From the IMG/VR virus record IMGVR_UViG_3300031784_000011, positions 1 through 64,000 of that record: a DNA stretch of 64,000 bases; one strand, given 5' to 3'. The translations under genes were made by a program, and so were the position numbers. Positions 56,941-64,000 of the stretch are shown in pieces (position 1 is the stretch's first letter; each line of letters opens with the position of its first letter). The notes beneath the pieces were generated by a model. That model did not search any database. It saw only the letters and a program-made list of their open reading frames with translations, and was not told the DNA's origin. The DNA is from a virus (taxonomy: Duplodnaviria; Heunggongvirae; Uroviricota; Caudoviricetes).

Positions 56941-59307
56941 TTAAGAAATTTTTGGTGTGATAAAATCAATTGAACTAATGTTGTTATCTTTTTTGACCAT
57001 AACCAAATTGTCCGACCAGTTTCTAATTAATGGGTTATGGGAAATAACAAATATGTGTTCAAAATAATCTTTAATTTTTTTGAAGAACTCTCCCACCATT
57101 TCCAAATTCTCATCCGCAATTTTACCAAATACTTCATCCATTACAACAATATTTGGTTTGGGTAATGACGATATCTTGGTTAATACGCTTCGAAGGGCAA
57201 GTGATGAAATAGTTCTTTCATAACCCGAACCACTAACGAGTGGTTTTACTACTCTAGTTTCAGTATCAATCATTATAAATTCAACCTCGTTTCTCTCGTT
57301 GATGTTCAATTCTAAAATAAAGTGACAACTATCAACTAAAAGTCTGTACAACTCTTGGTTAATTAGTGGGACCATATTTTTTAAAATAACCTTTGAGATT
57401 CCATTCTTACCGAAAACGGTTAGGTAAACCTTGAAGATAGATTGAGTTTCATTTTCAACTTTTATCTTTCTAATTAAATCCTTATTAGTTTCAATTTTTT
57501 CAGTTAAAGTTTGATTCTGATTTTTTAATCTTTCAATAGTAGTGCCATAACTTCTTAGATTTGCATTGAGGGTTTCAATTTGAGACTTTAAACCCACAAT
57601 TTCAGCATCTATTCTTTGATTCTCTTCTAACTTTTGTTTGTTGCGGTCATAGTTATCAAGTTTTGTTTGTAACTTTTCAATTTCTATTTTTTTCTGCTCG
57701 ACCTCCAACTCATACCTTGTCTTTTTAATTTTGTTTTTTTCGTACCCATCGTACTCTTTTTTCAAATCAATAAAGACCTTTTCCTTTTCAGTTAATTCAT
57801 CATACTTCTTACGATTATCTGTTTGAATTTTCCTAATTGATTCGACCAATTCTTTTAATTTATTTATTTCATCAGTGTGGTCAACCTCAGCTAATGCTCT
57901 TTTACAGGTCGGACATATTTGTCCTTCCTCTAATTGTTTTATTAGTTCTTCGTTTCGTTTAATGGAGTCAGCATTTACTCTACCTTCCACAACTATTCCA
58001 TTCATTTCATCTTTTAGTAACAAATGATTTTCCTCAAGATAAAACTGTGAAGGTTCTTTTACATTAACAGAATCGGCGTTAGTAATTGAAACTTGTTTTT
58101 GTTTTTCCAAATTACTAATATCAACCTTTATTTGACTTGTATTGGTACGAATTAAATCTTGGTCAATATCTGTGTTTCTTTTTGACAACAAATCATCTCT
58201 TTTATTTTCCGCATTTTTTAAGGTTGACTGAGTTTTTGTTGTTTCAATTTCTAATCTAGATATTTCTGATTTGTTTTCATCGATACCTTCTTGAAAAGAA
58301 GTAATCTCTGTTTCCAAATCATTCATATTATGATTATTGGAAATCAATTTTTTACTCCATTCACTTTGAATTGTTTTACAGATTTCTTCTTTTTCTTTAA
58401 GAATTTCTAAACCTAAAAACTTTGTAAGTATTAAACCTCTTGCAGTAGGTTTTGATTCAATGAGTTCTTCTAAATTATTTCCAGTTGTTAATATTGTTGA
58501 TAGAAAATCTTCCTCTGTGCCGATTGCCTTTGTTATAAAATCTTCAGTTTCTCTACGTTGTTCACCTGTTAAATTTTCAATCGTACCATCTTGATTTTTT
58601 TTATAAAAATCCAATTTATTTGTGACGGTATAATCACCACTTTTTGTTTTCTTACGTGAGCTTATTCTCTCAATAATGTAGTCCTCATTGTCTATGGTTA
58701 TGTATCCCTTAACTTTTACTTCGTCATTGTTACTGAACCTATTGAAAATTTCTGAATTGGTTTTAGTTTTTGTGGTTTTATTAAAAAATAAAAACATCAT
58801 TAAATCAACTGTTGCAGTTGACTTACCACCAAAATTTTTGGGTGTAGATTCTACAACTGTGATGCCGGGTAATATGGTAAAATCAATCTCATTGTTTCCC
58901 CCATAGGACAGGAAATTTGAAAATTCAACCTTTTTGATATACCATTTAGTGTATTTGATTCTATCACCGTTTTTACGGATGAATTCTTCATTTACTTTAT
59001 TGTCAAGATTATTAAGTCTTTCTAATGATATATTGATTTCATTCTCCTCAACGAAATCTTTCATCAAAGTTTTTTGGTACTGAAAATCAGAAATATTTTC
59101 TGTTATGTCTAATGACGCTAATTTTGTTTGGTCATCATTGGATATAACTTTAGTTATAATTTGAACGTACTTTGTGTTGTATTTCTTTTGAAAATATGAT
59201 TTAACTCTATTGAGTTTTTCAGAGGTGAAGTTCTCATGTGTATCCTGCCATGTAACTTTAATGTAGGGATTTTTAAGATTGGTTACTTCTTTCTTTGTAG
59301 TGTCCAT
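56941..59307 (-). CDS. SbcC/Rad50-like recombination ATPase (T4 gp46 analogue)
   Basis: Walker A PKNFGGKST. Central coiled coil with a CPTC zinc hook. C-terminal VVMDEVFGKIAD (Walker B/D-loop). Confidence 0.8.
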   Translation of the reverse strand: MDTTKKEVTNLKNPYIKVTWQDTHENFTSEKLNRVKSYFQKKYNTKYVQIITKVISNDDQTKLASLDITENISDFQYQKTLMKDFVEENEINISLERLNNLDNKVNEEFIRKNGDRIKYTKWYIKKVEFSNFLSYGGNNEIDFTILPGITVVESTPKNFGGKSTATVDLMMFLFFNKTTKTKTNSEIFNRFSNNDEVKVKGYITIDNEDYIIERISSRKKTKSGDYTVTNKLDFYKKNQDGTIENLTGEQRRETEDFITKAIGTEEDFLSTILTTGNNLEELIESKPTARGLILTKFLGLEILKEKEEICKTIQSEWSKKLISNNHNMNDLETEITSFQEGIDENKSEISRLEIETTKTQSTLKNAENKRDDLLSKRNTDIDQDLIRTNTSQIKVDISNLEKQKQVSITNADSVNVKEPSQFYLEENHLLLKDEMNGIVVEGRVNADSIKRNEELIKQLEEGQICPTCKRALAEVDHTDEINKLKELVESIRKIQTDNRKKYDELTEKEKVFIDLKKEYDGYEKNKIKKTRYELEVEQKKIEIEKLQTKLDNYDRNKQKLEENQRIDAEIVGLKSQIETLNANLRSYGTTIERLKNQNQTLTEKIETNKDLIRKIKVENETQSIFKVYLTVFGKNGISKVILKNMVPLINQELYRLLVDSCHFILELNINERNEVEFIMIDTETRVVKPLVSGSGYERTISSLALRSVLTKISSLPKPNIVVMDEVFGKIADENLEMVGEFFKKIKDYFEHIFVISHNPLIRNWSDNLVMVKKDNNISSIDFITPKIS

Positions 59308-59789
59308 TTGTTCTTCTTTAAGTTATAGGTTTGAACGTGTTCTTTTTTAAATGACATCCATTTTTCTATCTCTTCACTATTGTTTGGTTTGAATTCTGTG
59401 AAAAGTATTTTGTCTTTATTCTTAATTGTGGTTGGTTTTATTAATATAACTTGAGTAAAATCTCTGTTTGTTCTAATAAACCAATGCTTATTTTTGTTTG
59501 GGGTTATAGTATCACCTACTTTATCGTACCAATACTTTACCTTCCGTATTGGAATATTAACAGTCCTAAAATCATAACCACTAATCAAGGAATATTCATT
59601 CTCCCAAAAATCACCAATCCAACCCCCTCTTTCCAACTCCACACCAAATGAATTATCGTCAACACAAATTAAATCAATTGCTTTTGAATTAGGATGTGAC
59701 TCGAACAAAATGTTAAAAACTTCTTTAATGAAAATTTTAGCAAAATTTCTTACTTCAGTGTCATCAAAACTTCTTTTTATGTAACCCAT
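59283..59789 (-). CDS. hypothetical protein
   Basis: 168-aa ORF. Confidence 0.45.
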   Translation of the reverse strand: MGYIKRSFDDTEVRNFAKIFIKEVFNILFESHPNSKAIDLICVDDNSFGVELERGGWIGDFWENEYSLISGYDFRTVNIPIRKVKYWYDKVGDTITPNKNKHWFIRTNRDFTQVILIKPTTIKNKDKILFTEFKPNNSEEIEKWMSFKKEHVQTYNLKKNKWTLQRKK

Positions 59790-59817
59790 TTAAAATTTTT
59801 GAACATCCCGTCAGGGT

Positions 59818-60162
59818 TTATTTATTGAATCTACTTTCTTCAAAGAATTCAACTATTCCATTTATAGCCCATACACTTCCCGCGGTAAACATACCGTCAA
59901 AGAAAATAGATGGTAACCAATGAATACCAAAATGAGTTGTCATTCCCCCGAGACAGATTGAAAAGAAGAATCCAACCCATGTTGATGTACATAACATACA
60001 ACTAATCAATCCTGAAATAAAATTTCCAACTCCTTGTAAAGGAGCGTATTCATTTTTGGCCCAATTATGTATGGAATCTCTTACAGAGTCAAAAATAGAA
60101 CCGTAAACGATTATAGTGCTCATTCCATATGCTGCCATAATCCAAATAAAAATGTTTGTCAT
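59818..60162 (-). CDS. polytopic membrane protein
   Basis: Three to four TM helices. Confidence 0.45.
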   Translation of the reverse strand: MTNIFIWIMAAYGMSTIIVYGSIFDSVRDSIHNWAKNEYAPLQGVGNFISGLISCMLCTSTWVGFFFSICLGGMTTHFGIHWLPSIFFDGMFTAGSVWAINGIVEFFEESRFNK

Positions 60163-60210
60163 GTTTGAATGTATTTTATAAAATATATGAAAAAAAAATC
60201 AATAAAAAAA

Positions 60211-60732
60211 TTATTCACCATATAAAGATGAGAGGTTACTGTCCTTCATAAATTTACCCTTTCTGCCGAGACCCTCTAATGATTTTGTTAGACTTTCCAA
60301 TTCAGACTTTAATTTCTCATTTTCAACTTTTAAAGTGTTTAATTCTTCGTCATTTTTTACCTCAATAATCTTTTCAATTGGGACTTCTTTTATAACCTCT
60401 CTTACTACAATCTGAGTATCCCCTTTTATCTCCACCGGTACCTCTTTAATAACTTCAACAGGTACCTCTTTAATAACTTCTCGAATAATTTCAATTGGTT
60501 TTTCAATTATCCTATCTACGGGAATCTCTTTAATAATTTCTTTGATTACTTCCTTCTCTACTATCTTTTCACCAGATGAAAATCCAAATGGTACTTCACC
60601 GTACTTTACAATATTGAAACCTTTTTTAAAAACTTGTTCCGCAAATTCTTGAGGATTCTCAATTTTGTTTAATTCACAATACTTTATGAATTCATTATCT
60701 AATATTAAGTAGTTTTTCTGATTCATTGTCAA
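60211..60732 (-). CDS. protein with tandem (R)EVIKEVPVE repeats
   Basis: Repeat units are visible in the DNA (ggtacctctttaataacttc occurs twice around 60430-60480). C-terminal coiled coil. Confidence 0.45.
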   Translation of the reverse strand: MTMNQKNYLILDNEFIKYCELNKIENPQEFAEQVFKKGFNIVKYGEVPFGFSSGEKIVEKEVIKEIIKEIPVDRIIEKPIEIIREVIKEVPVEVIKEVPVEIKGDTQIVVREVIKEVPIEKIIEVKNDEELNTLKVENEKLKSELESLTKSLEGLGRKGKFMKDSNLSSLYGE

Positions 60733-61501
60733 TATCTAATATGTCAGATATGGAGAAATGTAGAAAAGGTTGTTCATTCTCTATATCATAAGTATGGTAT
60801 TCATCGTTTACCACGTCATAAACACCGTATCCGTGATAATTAACTGTCTCACCAAAATTTTGTTGAATCAGAGAACCAATCATGATAGCTTTACCTCCGT
60901 TGGGTAAGTCAAACATTTGTCTTTTATGGATATCACCACAAAGTAATAAATCCAAACCAACAAAGTTTAATGGTGAGTAGGCATTTTCAAACTCGAACCC
61001 TAAATCAGTGGACAAACCTTGTATTGGTCCATGAAATAAACCAACATAAAATTTATTATCCTCTTTTTCAAAATCGGGTTTTTGATTGTGTTGATATAAA
61101 GAGTAAACCACCCAATTAATGTTCTCATCCTCATATACCCCACTGTTTTTGAAATATTTGACATTTTCATTATTCAACATTTCAACAATTGGGGTAATAC
61201 TATCCAATCTACTCACATTATTTTCTAAAAAATCATGGTTTCCTGGTATTATTATAACAGGTCCGATGTTTTCGTGTAACTGTGTTAGGAACCAAGATGT
61301 GAGCATCATTTGTTCGTTTGAGATATTAATTTTTTGATGAGCAATGTCACCAGTAATGACCACTCTTATCTCATCGTAATTACAATCTTCCACTCTTCTC
61401 ATCGCATCGTCAATTACCATCTTGAATTGTTTCTTATACATGTCATGTAATTGAAAGGTCCTGATGTGTAAATCAGATATGTGTATAATTTTTCTTATCA
61501 T
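60695..61501 (-). CDS. SbcD/Mre11-like nuclease (T4 gp47 analogue)
   Basis: HISDLH, GDIAH, PGNHDF and GDIH metallophosphoesterase motifs in Mre11 order. Confidence 0.75.
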   Translation of the reverse strand: MIRKIIHISDLHIRTFQLHDMYKKQFKMVIDDAMRRVEDCNYDEIRVVITGDIAHQKINISNEQMMLTSWFLTQLHENIGPVIIIPGNHDFLENNVSRLDSITPIVEMLNNENVKYFKNSGVYEDENINWVVYSLYQHNQKPDFEKEDNKFYVGLFHGPIQGLSTDLGFEFENAYSPLNFVGLDLLLCGDIHKRQMFDLPNGGKAIMIGSLIQQNFGETVNYHGYGVYDVVNDEYHTYDIENEQPFLHFSISDILDIDNESEKLLNIR

Positions 61502-62352
61502 TTTAAGTATTTTTTTATATCCATTTGTAAAATCGAATTGGTCATGTCCGATGGGACTTTGTATTCCGTAAACGTCCCATTATCTTTAAGATGTGTAATG
61601 ACACAACCTAATAATTTGATATCTGAAAACTTACTACCTTCCAACATTTTTAATAATAGTTTACCATACAATGGTAGTTGAACATAATAGTGACTTAGAG
61701 CGGTATCATAATAGTTTTCAAAAGGGTGTAACATTTTTGAAGTATAGGGTTGTATTTGAAAATTCTTTTCTTGGTTTGTTTTCCAATCCGTAACAACAAT
61801 TCCAAATCCGTCTTTTTGTTTGTTCATCATCAGCCAGCATTTATCAGGTTGACCAACATATCCTAGTTCAGGGTCACCCAACACCATTTCAGTATCTAAG
61901 AGTACCGCACCTCTTTCTTCCATCAAGGTTAAAAAATCTTTACCCGCTGATATCATACTGTCACTCTTCATGATTTGTTGATTGTCACATTCAAAAATTG
62001 GTTGTCTCACATCTTTATAATTACCATATCTACCAACTAAATCAGTTTCTAACATGTAATGAACCCTACTACCTAAATTTGTAGAGTAATCACCCGCTTT
62101 CTTCCATTTTTCTAACAATAAACGAGTTTCTTCCTCGTCACCATCTGTCATTTGGTAAGCTTTAGATTCTGCATCAAATGGGATGTAAAATTTTTTAATG
62201 ACTTTTGATACGGATGGAAAATTATTTCTATGTTTTCCATCTAAATCTCTCATAAAATAAATGTGTTCATCTTCATAAAAAGTAAGTTCTAACTCCTTTT
62301 TTCTAATTTCAACACACTCTCTGATTTCCTGTGCTATTTCTGTTAAATTCAT
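61498..62352 (-). CDS. PD-(D/E)XK nuclease (Cas4/RecB/YqaJ-like) candidate
   Basis: D...VTDWKT (D-ExK-like) followed by YVQLPLYG (QxxxY). Confidence 0.4.
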   Translation of the reverse strand: MNLTEIAQEIRECVEIRKKELELTFYEDEHIYFMRDLDGKHRNNFPSVSKVIKKFYIPFDAESKAYQMTDGDEEETRLLLEKWKKAGDYSTNLGSRVHYMLETDLVGRYGNYKDVRQPIFECDNQQIMKSDSMISAGKDFLTLMEERGAVLLDTEMVLGDPELGYVGQPDKCWLMMNKQKDGFGIVVTDWKTNQEKNFQIQPYTSKMLHPFENYYDTALSHYYVQLPLYGKLLLKMLEGSKFSDIKLLGCVITHLKDNGTFTEYKVPSDMTNSILQMDIKKYLK

Positions 62353-62353
62353 T

Positions 62354-63334
62354 TTAATCTAATTTAAATTCTTTGTATTCGGTTAAGTTTCCTTGTAAAT
62401 CTGCAATGTCTTTGTCTTTAGGTAGTTTCACGATGTTTATCTTACCCAATAGTTTACCACAATTTAATTTGTGATATAATTTTTCTGCGTCGTCCCACGC
62501 ATCACCATCTAACAATATTGTCACTTCACATCTAAGGTCATATATTTTATTAAAGAGTAAATCACTTATGTACTTACCTAACATTGGGACGGCATTATCT
62601 AAAAAAATAGAGTCAAACGCACCCTCGACTAAATAAATTTTTTTTGACCAATCTATCAAACTTTCATTAAAAATAATTGTCTCTTTTTGTACGTCAGGAT
62701 TTTTATATTTTAATTTAGTTTTTGACAAAAATGAACGTGCAACAAAGTAATTGATTTGTCTCCATTCATTATAAGATGGAATTATTATTCTATTCTCATA
62801 TGGTCCTGAGAATGCAAACCCTATATTGTGTTTTCTTATTATTTTGTCAGTAACGTTTCTCTTTTTTAGATACGCCATGGCTTGTCTATAGTGGTGAGTC
62901 AATTTAACACCGTCACTTGGATTGTTAAGTGCAATAAATTCTTTGGGTAATTCAACTTGTTTGAATTGTTTTACCACAAGTTCTACCTCATCAGGTTTTA
63001 ATAACTCATATCTTTTTAGATGTTTTTCGTTTCCATATTTTTTTATGAGTTTGTAAACCGAGCCATGGGTATTGTATAATTCAGAACATGACCAACACTT
63101 ATAAACCAACATTTTGTAATTGATTTCCAAGTTACCTTTACCATCACCGTGGTCTAATCCTTTGATTTCGTGGGAACATACTGGACAATCAAACGCCAAC
63201 TGTCCTTTGTATTCGTTGTGCATTCTACAGTCACCAAGAATATCTTCAAGGATGTCAATAACAGGTTTGTATTCAATGGCAACTGATGGCATAGATAAAA
63301 TATACAAAATAAAAATTGTAAAACCAAACCGCAT
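62354..63334 (-). CDS. DNA primase (Zn-ribbon plus TOPRIM)
   Basis: CPVCSH...CWSC zinc ribbon. LVEGAFDSIF and ILLDGDAWD (TOPRIM E and DxD). Confidence 0.6.
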   Translation of the reverse strand: MRFGFTIFILYILSMPSVAIEYKPVIDILEDILGDCRMHNEYKGQLAFDCPVCSHEIKGLDHGDGKGNLEINYKMLVYKCWSCSELYNTHGSVYKLIKKYGNEKHLKRYELLKPDEVELVVKQFKQVELPKEFIALNNPSDGVKLTHHYRQAMAYLKKRNVTDKIIRKHNIGFAFSGPYENRIIIPSYNEWRQINYFVARSFLSKTKLKYKNPDVQKETIIFNESLIDWSKKIYLVEGAFDSIFLDNAVPMLGKYISDLLFNKIYDLRCEVTILLDGDAWDDAEKLYHKLNCGKLLGKINIVKLPKDKDIADLQGNLTEYKEFKLD

Positions 63335-63372
63335 AAAAAAAGGTGGGGGTTATACACCAAAACCTCCCACCT
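63335..63372 (-). terminator. intrinsic terminator
   Basis: Stem aggtgggggtt / aacctcccacct (one bulge), with a 7-nt T-run on minus (A-run 63334-63340). Confidence 0.5.
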
Positions 63373-63463
63373 TATGTCAAAATACTAATGCTATCTTGAC
63401 ATTATTAGTTATTGAATCAAATTCTTTTCAAAGTATACACAATCATTTTCATAAAAACAAATT

Positions 63464-64000
63464 TTAATTGGAAATACCTAATTTTTGCATGTTCACAAAT
63501 CCAATCACCGCTGTTGCCGCATCACTCATATCGTAGTTTTCTTTTTTCAATTGACCGTTTTTACCATACAACCACTCTACCTCAGGACAAACGGTATTTA
63601 CGTTTTCCCATATAATGTGTTTCTTGTCTATATCTTTAGGTAAACCACCAAATAAAACATTCTTACCCTTATCGTTTTTACCAACTAAGCTTGGAAATGC
63701 ATATTTTCTTGCATTGTAGGTGGTAATGAAAGTAGGTACAATACCTAAAATCTCATAACACGATTTGAGAATCATTGTGTTGTATCTCAATAATGTTCCA
63801 ACAGTGTAAATGTTATTTGAATTTAATAGTGGTTCCTCAATAACAACTCGTGTTATCCCCACATCTTTATAATCTTCTAAATGTTTTTTAAACGCCTGTG
63901 CCTTCTTTAGAAGTTCCTCAATCTTATCTTCAGGTTGAGGTTTTATTTTAGGAGAAAAGTGTGTCAATTCTAAAAGTCGCGAAGAATTAACATCAAATAG
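63464..64000 (-). CDS. RuvC-like Holliday-junction resolvase candidate (N-terminus beyond window end)
   Basis: Frame stays open to position 64000. RVVIEEPLL...YDMSDAATAVIGF resembles the RuvC C-terminal catalytic Asp region. Confidence 0.4.
   Translation of the reverse strand, partial: LFDVNSSRLLELTHFSPKIKPQPEDKIEELLKKAQAFKKHLEDYKDVGITRVVIEEPLLNSNNIYTVGTLLRYNTMILKSCYEILGIVPTFITTYNARKYAFPSLVGKNDKGKNVLFGGLPKDIDKKHIIWENVNTVCPEVEWLYGKNGQLKKENYDMSDAATAVIGFVNMQKLGISN

Noticed and set aside
63373-63403. 7-bp inverted repeat atgtcaa...ttgacat containing TTGACA hexamers
   Set aside because: An E. coli-type -35 is not expected to be relevant if the host is Bacteroidota. No matching -10 at proper spacing.
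1-64000. Eukaryotic giant-virus origin (suggested by GSII, GME-like epimerase and a large glycan cluster)
   Set aside because: The window has rho-independent terminators, a sigma-70 factor, bacterial-type promoters, TTG/GTG starts, a ClpP, and an Mre11/Rad50 pair together with primase, a RuvC-like gene and Dam. These are all bacterial or phage-typical.
1-64000. tRNA genes, CRISPR arrays, transposases/integrases
   Set aside because: I found no GC-rich 70-90-nt cloverleaf candidates (the 46726-46810 island does not fold into acceptor/T-arm pairing by eye). There are no regularly spaced direct repeats with unique spacers. No DDE or tyrosine-recombinase motifs appear in any translated frame.

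Overview
This 64-kb window looks like part of a large, AT-rich dsDNA bacteriophage genome; nothing in it suggests a cellular chromosome. It is very gene-dense, with overlapping start/stop junctions, intrinsic hairpin terminators followed by T-runs, and TTG/GTG alternative starts. Nearly all genes lie on the minus strand. The one exception is a 12.6-kb plus-strand block (31.1-43.8 kb) of glycosyltransferases, sugar-nucleotide epimerases and O-methyltransferases, headed by a small ribbon-helix-helix-like gene and closed by a bidirectional terminator. Recognisable functions fall into four groups. (1) DNA replication, recombination and nucleotide metabolism: a UvrD-like helicase, a Rad50/SbcC-like ATPase with a CPTC zinc hook, an Mre11/SbcD-like nuclease, a primase with Zn-ribbon and TOPRIM, a RuvC-like partial gene, a DEDDh exonuclease, a PD-(D/E)XK nuclease, thymidylate synthase, 5'-deoxyribonucleotidase/HAD phosphatases, thioredoxin, a glutaredoxin-like protein, and Dam plus a beta-class DNA methyltransferase. 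(2) Host-like metabolic enzymes that are unusual in a phage: methylglyoxal synthase, a eukaryote-type (type II) glutamine synthetase, a class I/II PLP aminotransferase, an acyl-CoA thioesterase and a ClpP-like protease. (3) A complete sigma-70 family sigma factor. (4) Cell-envelope and lysis candidates: a GH73 glucosaminidase, an M15 peptidase with a peptidoglycan-binding domain, an amidase_2-like protein, spanin-like membrane/coiled-coil proteins and lipoproteins. By reading upstream regions I found a recurrent promoter-like element, TTG-N20-TATATTTG, often only 4-6 nt from the start codon. It matches the Bacteroidota sigma-A promoter architecture (-33 TTG / -7 TAnnTTTG, leaderless or SD-less mRNAs), so I infer a Flavobacteriia-type host. 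No tRNA, rRNA, CRISPR array or transposon was recognised. All calls rest on motif-level reading of the translations; no database search was possible.
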